From Neodothiora populina (Eukaryota), in NCBI RefSeq assembly GCF_041146345.1, contig NW_027191409.1:186001-250000 (forward strand): a DNA stretch of 64,000 nt, given 5' to 3'. This document shows positions 46,819 to 59,925 of this stretch, piece after piece. Within the stretch, counting starts at the first letter, position 1, and each line of letters begins with the position of its first letter. The translations under genes were made by a program, and so were the position numbers. The notes under the pieces are model-generated. The model made no database searches. It was not told where the DNA came from and was given only the letters and a program-made list of their open reading frames with translations.

Positions 46819-48989
46819 ATGGTTCTCGAACGGGTAAAGCAGATGTCTGCCCACTTGACTGGGCAGCTCCCTCCTCCTCACCCTTTCGATCCTCTGTCTA
46901 GCGCAGAGATCAAGGCTGCTGTTGCCATTGTCAGAGAAGAGCACCCCGATGTCTTCTTCAATGCTGTTACTCTACTTGACCCTCCCAAGAAGGAGATGAT
47001 GGCCTGGTTGGCCGCTCCTGACTCTACTCCCAGACCACTCCGTATTGCAGATGTCGTTGCAATCGGTCGGGGAAGCAAGGTCTTTGACGGTCATGTTGAC
47101 CTCAAGGAAGGCAAGATCATCAGCTGGGCATTGACCGAGGGTGTCCAGCCTCTGATCACCATGGAGGATCTGCAAGTTGTCGAGGCCGTGGTTCGCAAGG
47201 ACCCCAAGGTCATCGAGCAGTGCGGAATCCTCGGTATCCCAGCAGAGGACATGCACAAGGTGTACTGTGACCGTAAGTGACATTTGTAGTAAAACAATCG
47301 TGACGAACTGAGGAACTTACAAATTTTATAGCTTGGACGATTGGTTACGACGAGCGATTCGGCAGTGGTGTTCGTCTCCAGCAAGCACTCATGTACTACC
47401 GACCACACCCCGATGACAGCCAGTACACCTACCCCCTCGACTTCTGCCCCATCTTCAACGCCGACAAGCAAGAGATTATCCACATTGATATCCCCAAGGT
47501 CCGCCGTCAACTCAACACGGCTCCTCCAATCAACTACCACGCAAAGGCCGTCGAGGCCGAGCTTGGTGTCAGGACCGACCTCAAGCCCATTGAGATCACA
47601 CAGCCCGAGGGTGTCTCCTTCAGCATGGATGGCCGCACGATCAAGTGGCAGAACTGGTCTGCTCACATTGGTTTCAACTACCGCGAGGGTCTCGTCTTGA
47701 GTGACGTTACCTTCAACGACAGAGGCAACGTCCGCAACACCTTCTACAGAATGTCTCTGACCGAGATGGTTGTGCCTTACGGAAACCCCGAGCACCCTCA
47801 CCAGCGCAAGCACGCTTTCGATCTCGGCGAGTACGGTGGTGGTTACATGACCAACAGTCTGTCGCTGGGCTGTGACTGCAAGGGTGCAATCCACTACATG
47901 GACGCCGAGTTCGTCAACCGTGCCGGTGAGGCTCAGACCATCAAGAACGCCATCTGCATCCACGAGGAGGATGCAGGCATCCTCTACAAGCACACCGACT
48001 TCCGTGACGAGTCCTGCACCGTCACTCGTGCTCGCAAGCTCATCATGTCGCACGTCTTCACCGCAGCCAACTACGAGTACTGCGTGTACTGGATGTTCAT
48101 GCAGGACGGTACGATCCAGCTCGACATCAAGCTCACCGGTATCTTAAACACCTACGCCATGAACCCCGGCGAGTCGGCCGCGCCCTGGGGAACCGAGGTC
48201 TACCCCGGCGTCAACGCACACAACCACCAGCATCTCTTCTGTCTGCGTCTCGACCCCAACATCGACGGACCCAACAACACCATCGTCGAGGTCGACGCCG
48301 TCGCCGCCGAGGCCCCCGTCGGCTCACCCGAGAACTTCTACGGCAACGCCTTCTACGCCAAGAAGACCCCTCTGACCACCCCGGCCACCGCCGCCCGCGA
48401 CTACAACGGCCAGACCTCGCGCACCTGGGAGATGTGCAACCCCAACAAGATCAACCCGTACAGCAAGAAGCCCGCATCCTACAAGCTGGTGTCTCGCGAG
48501 GTGCCTCCTCTCCTCCCCAAGGAGGGCTCTCTGGTATGGAAGCGCGCCGGCTTCGCCCGCCACGCCGTGCACGTCACACCCTACGCCGACGACCAGATCT
48601 ACCCGGCCGGGCGCCACGTACCGCAAACGTCCGGCGAGCCCTCAGCCGGCATCCCAGACTGGATCCAGCAGAACCCGGACGCGAACCTCGAGAACACCGA
48701 CGTCGTGCTCTGGCACACGTTCGGCCTCACCCACTTCCCTGCTCCAGAGGACTACCCCCTCATGCCCGCGGAGCCCATGACTGTGCTGCTCAGGCCCAGG
48801 AACTTCTTCACTCAGAACCCCTGCATGGATGTCCCTGCTTCGTACTCGTCGACTCCTACCCAGATGGCCGCCGGCAAGGGAGGCATCAAGGGCGTCGTCG
48901 ACAACATCTCGCGCCTCGCGTTCGGATCCGACAAGGTTAAGGGCGGCAGCAACGACGCCGCTGCTTCTTGCTGCAGCGCTAAGAAATAG
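46819..48989 (+). CDS. Peroxisomal copper amine oxidase (TPQ)
   Basis: Intron 47273-47331. HPFDPLS, AFDLGEYG, LGCDCKG, ANYEY (TPQ precursor Tyr), HNHQHLF, WHTFGLTH (Cu ligands). N-terminal RVKQMSAHL fits PTS2. Confidence 0.95.
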
Positions 48990-50093
48990 ACGCTGGTCGG
49001 TCTGATCTGTCCCTTTTTATCTGAACGAACACGCGAGACTAGAAGGAAAAGAAAGTACAAGTCGAGAAAGAGGCTCATGATCATGAGAAAGGAAAAAGGG
49101 GGGAGTAACCACAAAGCACAGATTGATCCCTTTTTTTTTTTTCTGGGGGTTATATTGTACATAGCGGGCGTTTTTGCTTTCCTTCTTACTTATATGAATC
49201 CCCCCTGTTAGTTATGGAAATGCTCTATACAACATGATATAGTTGATCGATCTATTACAGTATGTGCCTCTACTGTTGTTGTGTGAAAGTCTTTGTTCGT
49301 CGTGATGTTTGCATTCGACTTAACCTTTACTATGCCTTATGCACTACACGGACCAGACGAATACTGTACATTGTTAAGGTAAGATAAGGATAAGGTAAGG
49401 ATAACATCGAAACCTTCTTGTGGCGGGGTTTCCGATAACGTTTCGGGAAGCTCTGACTCGCCGAGTAAGGTACCTTAAGAAGAAGCCGATGTATGACGTA
49501 CCATATCCATTCGGCGAAATTTACTATGCATCAGGCAGGCATGCGATTATAATACAGTAAGGGTGTATCTTCGCATGATAGAGGGATAAACACAAAAGGG
49601 AATGGTTCATTGATCAGAACCTGTGACTTTGAATGAGGTGGTCACCGGCTTCCCGTGCAAGTAGTGATAGCATAAGAGTTGATGAGTGTAGAGCAACAAA
49701 GCAAGCCTCCATTGCCCCTCAATGCTCTTATTGGACATGATAAACCCGAGAGAGAGAGAGAAGAGATATAAATCATTTCGTTTCATTCAGACTTGACGCC
49801 TTGCTCTGCTGGCTGGCTGGCATTGTTTAGTGCAGAATATTTTTCGCTGGATTATCTATCGAACCCCTCGAATGCGCAATGGCTGAGAGAGTTCTTTATG
49901 TGTATTGTGGTATGCTCAGTCCATGAATAGATCAAGCCAAAAGGCTGATCGGGACCGACTTTGCAACCGGTGCAGTCGTCTTGCAAGTCGTGGTCTTGCT
50001 CCTCTCCAAGTCAAATGTGCCGGGAGGAGGTTGTGCGGGTAGTGGTGGAGTATAGGAAGGATTGGGGACAGGATAGCACAGCTAAGAGAAATC

Positions 50094-50993
50094 CTATGCC
50101 TCGTTGAAGAGCCGGGCGGTGATATCACCCATGTACTCTTCATCTAGCTCGTAGTCCTCCCCATCGTTCCTATCGATGCCGACGAACTCGAAAGCGTTGA
50201 CGACGGTGGGAACGTCGAAGCCCATCTCGGTGAAGCGGTCGACGAGTTGTTTGTTGAAACCTCGATAGCTGTGAGACAAGTCAGTATGGGTGGCAGAACA
50301 GCAGGGTTCCTTTGACACATACGCAGCCAACTTGGCAGCCTCTGCCTTTTGATGCTTATGCTCGTCCTTCTTCCTCAGTGTCTCCTCGGTGACACCCCCA
50401 CTGCCTTCTGCGCCAGAACCAGCACCGCCTGGAACACCTTTGGGAGCATCGGCATGCTTGATGGCCCACTCTCTTGCTACATGCTCGAATTCGCGGGGGT
50501 TGGTGATGAGCATGCGCGCAACCTCGGCGTCTTGCGGGTCCTTGGGTTCCGGCGACGAGAGGAGGGATTGCAGCGAGATGAGGGCGGACTTGAGTGTCAG
50601 AACTGGAGACCAGGCGGAGCCTAGAGTATCTAGACAGATGGCACCCTGTTGTCACACAAGTCAGTGATTGTAGACAGTCCGGTCGGAGAATGATCATGAG
50701 CGTACGGTGACACTTGACACATTGGGGTGCCATATCCTTGTGATGAATTTCATGATGGGCGGTTGGAAGGGATATTCGCCAGGTATTCTTATATCTACTA
50801 GGAATGTGCCGCCGGCATAAGGAGTGTCGGGAGGCCCCTTGAAGACACCCTTGAAATGTGTGAGATCATCAAAGGTGTCGGTGCCGGTGCCGGAGGATGA
50901 TTTGCTGAATGGTTCGAGCAGGATGCCTGAATGTGTGTCCTTCTGGACATCCTGGATCTCTTTGACCAGGCGACGATTCCGGTTGGCCGCCAT
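50094..50993 (-). CDS. UBC1: Ubiquitin-conjugating enzyme E2 with C-terminal UBA (Ubc1/E2-25K)
   Basis: [54 protein letters not shown]-terminal [10 protein letters not shown] (UBA). Confidence 0.93.
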
Positions 50994-52254
50994 GACACTG
51001 GCGCAGAGGGTGGGCAAAGATTATACAGCACGGGTGGTGGTGATGTCAAAAGTAGATGATGGTGGGGCTGTTCAGGTTGACGCTGGGGGAGATGTGGCTA
51101 TGACCGACGATGGCGTCGGCTAAGCAGGTTCAAGATGTGGAAGAAGTCTCAAGGAGAGGAAGCTAAGTTTTGTAATAGAGAGTTGGAGAAATACAAGTGT
51201 TGTGTTCAGACACGATCAGTCAGGCACGATGTATAATGTGGAGAGATACACGAAGATGGAAGATGAGTGGATCGCAGGCTGGCGCAGTTGAAGCTCGATG
51301 TGCTCTGTTATGTGGAGAGGATTTGGGCCGAGATGTGCGGTGTTTTGATTCGAGCACCGAGGAAGGCGCAGTAATAAGGCTTCACGGTCAAGGGCGAATG
51401 ATGTTTGGTGAAATACCTCATCGAGGTGAGATATACCTAGGTAAGGTAATCACTCAGCAATAATAAAGGAATAGAGCGGAGACCAAAAGCTCTGCCAAGT
51501 ACAAGTCACAAGCTTGGAAGTACAGCATGTGCTCTACCTTGTCCAAGTCGTGACATTCTTCTATTTGACTCGAATAGCCACGCTATCAAACCATGCATAA
51601 GGTAAGGTAAGGTACCTACGGATGACTTAGCCCAGCAAGTGCAAATAAGAATACAGCACAGCACAGCACAGCACAACAAAGTACAGCGCAACGATCAGAT
51701 GCTAACCATCACTTTGCAACTGCTTAAGTGATATCGAGGTAGCACATAGGTAAGGGAGAGTGCACGATGTAAGTTACATACAAGAGGTACAGTACTGTAG
51801 ATGACATGTGACGGTCGGGCCAACATTGGTGCCTAACGGCATCTACGAGTTCCTTCCATTTCTCGCGTAATATCAATATGAAGTTCGAGGCATTCGATAC
51901 AGCCCTATGCCAGCGTTGCGGTTCGACTGAATCGTCAGGCAGTCTGCAATCAGTCTAGCACGAGTAATGCACAGTAGCCGTGTGCTCTGTACCGGTACAG
52001 CCATAGCGCATGGCGTACTGCACCTGCACTCAGTGTATCTGACTTGTCTTACTGTTACAACAGCATCATCATCCACCCCTACTCTCACAACACCAACCTT
52101 TCATCTCAATAACCACCCGAATCACATCTCCCGTAATTCCGTCATACAACTTGTTGTCTGACGGGTCTTTTCCATCAACGATAACCGTTCGCCGCGCCAG
52201 CTAGCTGCGTCTGGACCAGGAAGCGCAGCGTCACACGTCACGCAAGACACACCC

Positions 52255-53871
52255 ATGGTGAGCATCGCCATCTCGACACCGCAGTTGCTATCCATCAAAT
52301 ATACAGACCACTGACTAAGTCTCACAGGGTGCTAATCAGTCTGGCCTAGGAGGCGGTCCTCCTGGACAGGGAGGAGACGACAAGTCCAAGAAGGACGCAA
52401 AGGTAGTCTTTCGCCATCCACACGCACCCCCCCGTTCATTCTATCAGCGACCAACCCTCTGACCATCATTCCCATTACAGAAAGACAAGCCCAAGTATGA
52501 GCCGCCACCACAGCCCACCACCCGCATCGGCCGCAAGAAGAGAAAGCAAGCCGGTCCCAACGCCGCCGCAAAGCTTCCCTCAGTCTACCCTACCGCACGC
52601 TGTAAGCTTCGATACTTGCGCATGCAACGCATCCACGACCACCTCTTGCTCGAGGAGGAGTACGTCGAAAACCAGGAGCGGTTCAGAAAGGCCAAGAACT
52701 TGAGCGCCCTTCAAGCACAGCCCTCCAGCGCCGGTGGCGACAGCGATGCCCTTGACCGCAACGCCGATGAGAGAAACAGGGTGGATGACATGAGAGGCAG
52801 CCCCATGGGCGTTGGAAACCTCGAGGAGCTCATCGACGACGATCACGCCATCGTCTCCTCTGCTACCGGTCCCGAATACTATGTCAGCATCATGTCCTTT
52901 GTCGACAAAGACCTTCTCGAGCCCGGTGCCAGCGTCTTGTTACATCACAAGTCTGTCTCCGTCGTCGGTGTCCTGACTGACGATGCTGATCCCATGGTTT
53001 CTGTCATGAAACTCGACAAAGCTCCCACCGAATCTTACGCCGACATTGGTGGCCTGGAAACACAGATTCAGGAGGTCCGTGAAGCTGTCGAATTACCCCT
53101 GCTCCATCCTGAATTATACGAAGAGATGGGTATCAAGCCGCCAAAGGGTGTCATTTTGTACGGAGCACCCGGTACCGGAAAGACGCTGCTCGCCAAAGCC
53201 GTCGCCAATCAGACCAGTGCTACCTTTTTACGTATCGTCGGTTCCGAGCTCATCCAAAAATATCTTGGTGATGGTCCCAGACTAGTGAGACAGCTCTTCC
53301 AAGTCGCCGCCGAGAACTCTCCTTCCATTGTTTTCATTGATGAGATTGACGCTATTGGTACCAAGAGATACGAGTCCACATCAGGAGGCGAACGTGAAAT
53401 TCAACGTACCATGCTCGAATTGCTTAATCAGCTCGATGGTTTCGATGATCGTGGTGATGTCAAGGTCATCATGGCCACCAACAAGATCGACACTCTCGAT
53501 CCTGCTCTCATCAGACCTGGTCGTATTGATCGAAAGATTCTCTTCGAGAACCCTGATCGTGAGTCCCTATCCACGAAATAACTGATCACTGAGCATTATT
53601 CGCTGACTACAAATTCCCAGAAATCACCAAGCGCAAAATCTTCACTCTTCACACGTCCAAGATGTCTCTGTCAGATGATGTGGACTTGGAAGAGTTTATC
53701 AACCAAAAGGACGACTTGTCTGGTGCCGATATCCGCGCCATGTGCAGCGAGGCCGGTCTCATGGCATTGAGAGAACGCAGAATGAGAGTGTGCATGGCAG
53801 ACTTCAGACAGGCCAGGGAGAGCGTGCTCAAGACCAAGAGCGAGGGCGAGCCCGAGGGGCTGTACTTGTAG
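52255..53871 (+). CDS. RPT2: 26S proteasome AAA-ATPase subunit Rpt2 (S4)
   Basis: ATG-only first coding exon (52255-52257), then GANQSG (myristoylation-type N-terminus); [28 protein letters not shown]-terminus PEGLYL. Confidence 0.97.
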
Positions 53872-54342
53872 ATTATCCCTCATGCTTGCGCTGCATCATC
53901 AATTAAGTGGCAAGCGGATCGCCTGTAATTCCATGCATGACAAGGGTGAGGAATCGAGTGGTCTATGATAAGTTTATAATTATTGAAATCCAAGACCGTT
54001 GAGTCGTGGTATTTCGCGAAACATGCCTTTGCTTCCACAGACTTTGCCTGCTCTTGCAACCATCCAGCTCCGCCACAGCTTTCTTTGCCTCGGAAGCCAC
54101 GCTCGCTGAAGCAACAACTTTTTTTCCGCCGAAGCTTCAGCAGCTTCCGTCGTCTGACGACTCACTGACTGGCTTTTGAACCGACTACCTGACCTTGTTC
54201 CTGGCCTTTTTGGTGTTTTCCTCATGACGCATTTGTATGAATGATCGGATAATGTTCATTACTGCCTTTGTATTCATAATATAATAGCGAAAGGCTGTCA
54301 AGGCGTGTGGTGGGGTTCATTAGAGTTGAAAAGAGAGCAATC

Positions 54343-55950
54343 ATGCAGCCCCGTGAGGAAATTGCCTATTTGGGCCCGAATGCCTCATACACTCACCAGG
54401 TATGCTACAATTGCTCTTTGTCGTCTGATCCTGATCTTGATCCTTTTACATTCTGCATTTATTTTCTGTCATCTGTTGCGCCCTGCTGTCGGTCCCATTC
54501 GTCTTTTCTTCATCCTATCAAGACCAAAGGAAGAACAGAGTAGAATCGCGGGTCATTTCATCTTCCGGACAGCCGAGTATTTTGATACAGGATACTCCAA
54601 GTCCTGCACTCATCTGTCGACCGTACTGATCCAGCTCAGGCTGCCACCAGTGCTTTCGATCCAGAGCATCACACACTGCTGCCACAGACTTCTATAGAAG
54701 GTGTCTTTGCGGCCGTGCAATCGGGCAGCGCCACATATGGCGTTGTACCCTTTGAGAACTCGACCAACGGGTCCGTCGTGTTCACTTTGGACCTCTTCGC
54801 GGACCAGAGCAAGAAATACCCGGACATCATCGTCTGTGGCGAGCGCTATGTAGAGGTGCACCACTGTCTGCTTGGCCATCCTGCTCCGGCCAACACTGCC
54901 GCTTCTGAAGCCTACAGTACCAGTACCAACAACAGCAGCGGCATCACTGTGAACCACGCGAGCTCCATCGACGACTTCCCGGAAATCGTGCACCACGTGC
55001 GGGAAATCAACAACAGCAACAGCGCGGACCGCATAACAGCGGGCCTAAGTCTGCGCAGCCCAAGCAGCTCCGGGCACGCGACCCCGATCCCCTCAGACCC
55101 CCACCCATCCAAATCCCGTTCCCAGCCCCTGACTTCTCTGTCGCACATCCGCAAGATCTACTCTCATCCCCAAGCCTGGGGCCAATGCAAGACGTTCCTG
55201 TCCTGCCACCTCAAGGGCGTAGAGCGCCAGGACGTGACGTCGACGTCGCGCGCCGCCGAGCTGGTCGCTGAAGATGCGAGCGGGACCACGGCGGCCATCA
55301 GTTCGGGCATCGCCGCGAGCCTGCATAAAGTCGATTTCTTGGCGAGGGATATCGAGGACGAGCAGGATAATTGTACGCGGTTTCTGATCCTGCGCCGGAG
55401 GAAAAAGAGTGATGACTCCTCCTCCTCCTCAGCCTCAGATGGTCTCGCCACTTCTTCCTCTTCTTCCACCACCAACAACGGCGAGGGAGAAGGTAACGGC
55501 AACAGATATAAATCCCTGATAACCATGACTCTGCCCCTAATCTCCTCACCCCTTTCATCAAACTCCCCCGCAACAACAACAACAGCATCGAAAGGAACAG
55601 CAACAACAACACCAATAGGCGCCCTAGTCGACGCCCTCGCCGTTTTCAAACACCACAGCATAAACCTGACGTCCATAAACCCGCGCCCCAGCGGCGAAGC
55701 CCCATGGCATTACATCTTCTTTGTCGAGTTCCAGGGGCGCGTGGGCGACAGGGAGGTGGATGAGGCGTTAAGGGAGTTGAGGGGGACTTTGGGGACTATG
55801 ACTTCGACGTCGTCATCGACGACTTCGAGGACGGGGAAGGAGGGGGAAGAAGAGAGAGAGAGGGAACAGGAACGGGTCAAGTTCTTGGGGAGCTGGGAGA
55901 ATGCCTTGTTCCTTTCTTCGCCTTCTGCTTCTCTTTCTAGTTCTTCTTAG
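54343..55950 (+). CDS. PHA2: Prephenate dehydratase (PDT + ACT) with low-complexity insertions
   Basis: Exon 1 MQPREEIAYLGPNASYTHQ, intron 54400-54639; GVVPFENSTNGSV, YSHPQAWGQC, IEDEQDNCTRF, INLTSINPRPS..WHYIFFVE. Confidence 0.92.
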
Positions 55951-56769
55951 ATGGGTGCAGAAATGGAATCATCTCTGGGACGAGAAGAGAAAAAGAAAAA
56001 AAAACAAGGAAAGGAGAACGACAACGACAGACTCGAGCGATTAAACGAAAACAGAACAGATACTGTGCTTGCTTGCATTGCTTGCTATAGCGTTCTACCC
56101 TACAGACCCCAAGAGTGCTTCCTTGCCCCGAGCATCTCGGGTTTCATGCCCTTCATCTCTTAGTAATCAAAACAATAGCGAAGAGAGCAGAAGCAAGCAA
56201 GAAAAGCTATTGCCTTGAACCCCCCGTTCCCATGCATTTTGCCTCACTGCCCCCTTCCCCACATTCCCCACATACGCACACAGACAACAGACAACAGACA
56301 ACACACTACCACAGACAACCTGATATCGCGCCACCCACCGCGCCATAGTAAGAGAGAAAGAAAACAAGAGAAGACTGCAAAATAAAACATACGTCCGTTG
56401 ATCTTCGGACTTCCTTCCCTGCCGATACCGAGGGTTCACTACTCCGAGAAACAAAAAAGAAGAGGGTAAAAAAGCAGAAATCCAGAATGTGTCAGACGTA
56501 GACCACCAAGAGGGATTGAAACCATAGAATAGAGTGGAGGAGGACCAGAGTGGGGTGGCTTGACGCAGCGGTTTCTTTCCAACCGGGCACATTCATAGGT
56601 CGGTCACCCATCCCATGAGAAGACTGTCATGACACTCTGCGTGTTTTCCGTGTGCATGCGTGGAAGTGCGTCGACAGTTATTGCGCTGTAAGGGTGTATC
56701 ATTTCGCAATCATAGCCCTGTCCCATAGTTATCCTACCCAAGCAACAAATATTCATCAGACGACAAGAT

Positions 56770-57504
56770 CTAAGCCTCGATGGCCTTCTTGGCCTTCTTC
56801 TGTTCCACCTTGAGCAACAGGGCGCGGTTGATGTGAGGCAAGACACCACCAAAGGCAATGGTGGCGCGGATGAGCGTGTCGAGCTCCTCGTCACCGCGGA
56901 TGGCGAGTTGCAAGTGACGGGGCGTGATGCGCTTGACTTTGAGATCCTTGGCTGCGTTGCCTGCTAGTTCTAGGACTTCGGCTGTCAGGTATTCGAGGAC
57001 GGCAGTAACGTAGACGGCAGCCTTGGCGCCGACGCGCATCTTGTTCTGGGTTTGCGACTTCAGGAAACGCTTGACACGACCACAGGGGAACTGGTAGGAG
57101 GAACGATGTTAGTTTGCGATGATCTCATTTGCACCTGCTCCTCGAGGCTGGACAAAGCGGACGAGGGCGCGGGAAAATGATGAAATCACGCGTCTTGGGT
57201 ATGTGCCCGAGCAAGCCTCCCGTGGCACGCAAAACAATCATGAGGAATGCGAAATCATCCGGACGCGTCCAGCGAGCAGATCTATCAAAATGTCCATAGG
57301 TGATAGTATAGTAATAAGACGCGTACCTGGAGACCTGCTTTCGCCGAGTGTGACTTTTGGGACTTGCCAGCGGCATCAGCGCCTGCCTTGCCGCCAGTCT
57401 TGCCACCAGTCTTTCCTACAGACAGAATGTTAGTAAAAGAGAAAGCTGCAGTGCACGACGCGTGTCATGCGAATCGGGCTGCGCTTGCCTTTTCCTCCGG
57501 GCAT
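56770..57504 (-). CDS. HTZ1: Histone H2A.Z
   Basis: Exons 57504-57489, 57415-57327, 57090-56770. [83 protein letters not shown]. Confidence 0.97.
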
Positions 57505-58570
57505 TTTGGTTGATGTTTAGAGCAGAATAATGATTTTGAAAGTGTTGCGACTGTGATTTTGATCGTCTTGGCGCGTTTTGAATAATTCGATGGAATGCTG
57601 GTAAAAGTTGTGGTGGAAGATAGAATGGTAGGTGATGCGCTTGGACCGAGCTGGCGGGGACGTGTTATTCAATCATACGAAGAGCCAAACCTTCGCAGAG
57701 AACGTTTCGGCTCCGTTTGCTCTGCTTTGCCTTCAAGGGCTTGAACTCAGTTTGTTTGATTTGCTCTGCCTCGCTCTGCTGCGCTGCGCTGCGCTGCTTT
57801 CCAAGCAAAGCACAGTGTTGCCTTGCTGCCTTGACCCCTCCGGCAGGTGCCGCCGTTGGCCTTGGCAGTTCGCCCATGACATCCATGCTAATAATGGCTG
57901 TAGGATAGAGGCGGTGGCCAGTGTGAGGCTCGCAGAAGAGCAGTCAGTACTCACACCATTACCTTTGCGGTAGTAGGATCTAATTGTCAGTAGAAACGAA
58001 GGGATTTCATTTGTGTTAGCGTGCGCAAGATATAGTAATGTGGCATGTTCTTTGTCGTGGAATCGGCCTTACTCTGTCGACTTGCTGCTTCTGCCAAAGT
58101 TTTGTACAAGTACCTACTAGGAAAGCTGTAGAGTTGAAAGAGCGAGCAAGGTCTCTGAGCTGGTGGGATGAAAGGTCTCAGCCGTACAGCATACATTCAG
58201 CTTGGACTTACTTGTTTGTTGCCACCAACAATGCTGTATTGTGAGGGTTGTCTTGGTTATACTGCTCCTTGCAGTGTTGCAAGAGCCATCGTGTAGCTAC
58301 CAAAGATGAAAGCGACTCGAGCCTTTGTAGCGTCACAAATAAGTCTGGCAGAGAGGTCCCTTTGGTATCCTGTTACACTGCTGGTGCAATCACCACATGT
58401 TGGCATGTCACCTATTGCTGTCGTTATATGAAATTCACCTGGCGGCTCAGCCTGGAGACGGAGGCTGATAAATGCCGAAGAATAAGCGAGCCGCAAGTAG
58501 CAGAGCGCCGCTCACTTGTAGGCAAAGCCAAGTGAGCTCGTCTGCTTCCTCACAGTCAATGAGATCTGAC

Positions 58571-58603
58571 GTACTCAAATAGTACTCAAATAGTACTCAA
58601 ATA
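58571..58603 (+). repeat. 11-bp tandem repeat x3
   Basis: GTACTCAAATA three times in a row. Confidence 0.85.
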
Positions 58604-59045
58604 CCTTGACGTATTACTCCGGAGATCTCAAAATATCAATATTACAGACGGGATGATGGCGATGATGATGGTGTTAAATCTCTGGTAAAAGGTCCAATCG
58701 GACCCAGACCAGGTCTCAAATGACCCTGCAAACACAATTGGCGACGAATCTCCAATGTCTCATTGGTTCGTCTCCATCTGACCGTTAAAACAGCCACGCA
58801 TCGGGACTTGCGTAGACCACGACTCGTTGCAAACGTCCACTAGAGTCTCACATTCTGCGTGCTTCGCAGAGATACCCTGAAGAGGTTACCGAACAATATC
58901 TGAATCAGTAGCATGGGCCAAGAAACGTGGTCATCCACAGAATGGCATACATATTCCAAGGGAGATTCGCACTTTTGATAATGAGGATTATGCTCGTCTC
59001 TCTAATCACTTCTTACATATCAATTTCCTTGTTGTAATAAGAATA

Positions 59046-59885
59046 ATGTCTTCTATTTCGAAGTACCTAGTCCCGTGGTTGGCGTTCGGTGGTATCATGA
59101 CATCGAATGCCGCAGCTGTTCTCCACAAGAGACAAACGACTGTGGACTCGCCATGTTACAACATCCAGGGCGTCGGCTCGTTCAACACACACTTCAGCGT
59201 TGACTTCACCTCCACGAACACCCTACCGTCTGATCTGCAAGTGAGCACGAACACCATTGGAGCAGGCTATGCCCCATACGCAAGACAACACAATGCGACC
59301 AACGTGATTCTCGATGGCGAGAACCTGAAGATGGTAGTTCCTGGCGCACAAAACACCAGCCCGATCCAGTGTGCGCAGATGACGACCGCCTACGACGACG
59401 TCCTCTACGCCAGCGTCCGCACAGTCGCGAAAGCCAGCAACATCAGCGGCGTCGTGCACGGCTTTTTCATGTACCAGAGCGACTACCAAGAAACCGACAT
59501 TGAGATCCGCACCGCGAACCTCGACGTCGTGCAATGGACGAACCAGAAAGCCAGCGATAGCGCCCCCGAGACCACAGGCGCCACGTCCGCCCCGGACGAC
59601 ATGACGACCGCCTTCCACGAGTACAGATACGACTGGCTGCCCTCGCGCTGCAACTTTTACATCGACGGCGTCCTGCAGTACAGCATTACCGGTAACGTGC
59701 CCACGCAAGCTGGGTACCTGATGTGGAACCAGTGGTCCAACGGCTTCACGTGGACGCTGGGTCCTCCTGCGGCGGACAGTATCCTTGAGATCCAGTCCAT
59801 CGATGCCTATTTCAACCGCGCCAGCAACCCGGTCTACTGCGCCAACTTCGCTAATGGCGCCGCTGTCTTCTCGTCTGCTTCCTCA

Positions 59886-59925
<40 letters not shown>

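Noticed and set aside
47091..48053. 320-aa minus-strand ORF (also 15872-16507)
   Set aside because: Antisense to strongly codon-biased genes (amine oxidase, RPL25); no independent protein features.
49855..49890. GGTTCGA on the minus strand as a tRNA T-loop (also GTTCGA near 51921)
   Set aside because: Flanking bases do not form a T-stem or cloverleaf.
4101..55950. Window-wide aromatic amino-acid super-cluster (IDO, kynureninase, GCN2, amine oxidase, PHA2)
   Set aside because: The genes are separated by many unrelated housekeeping genes; co-occurrence is probably chance.
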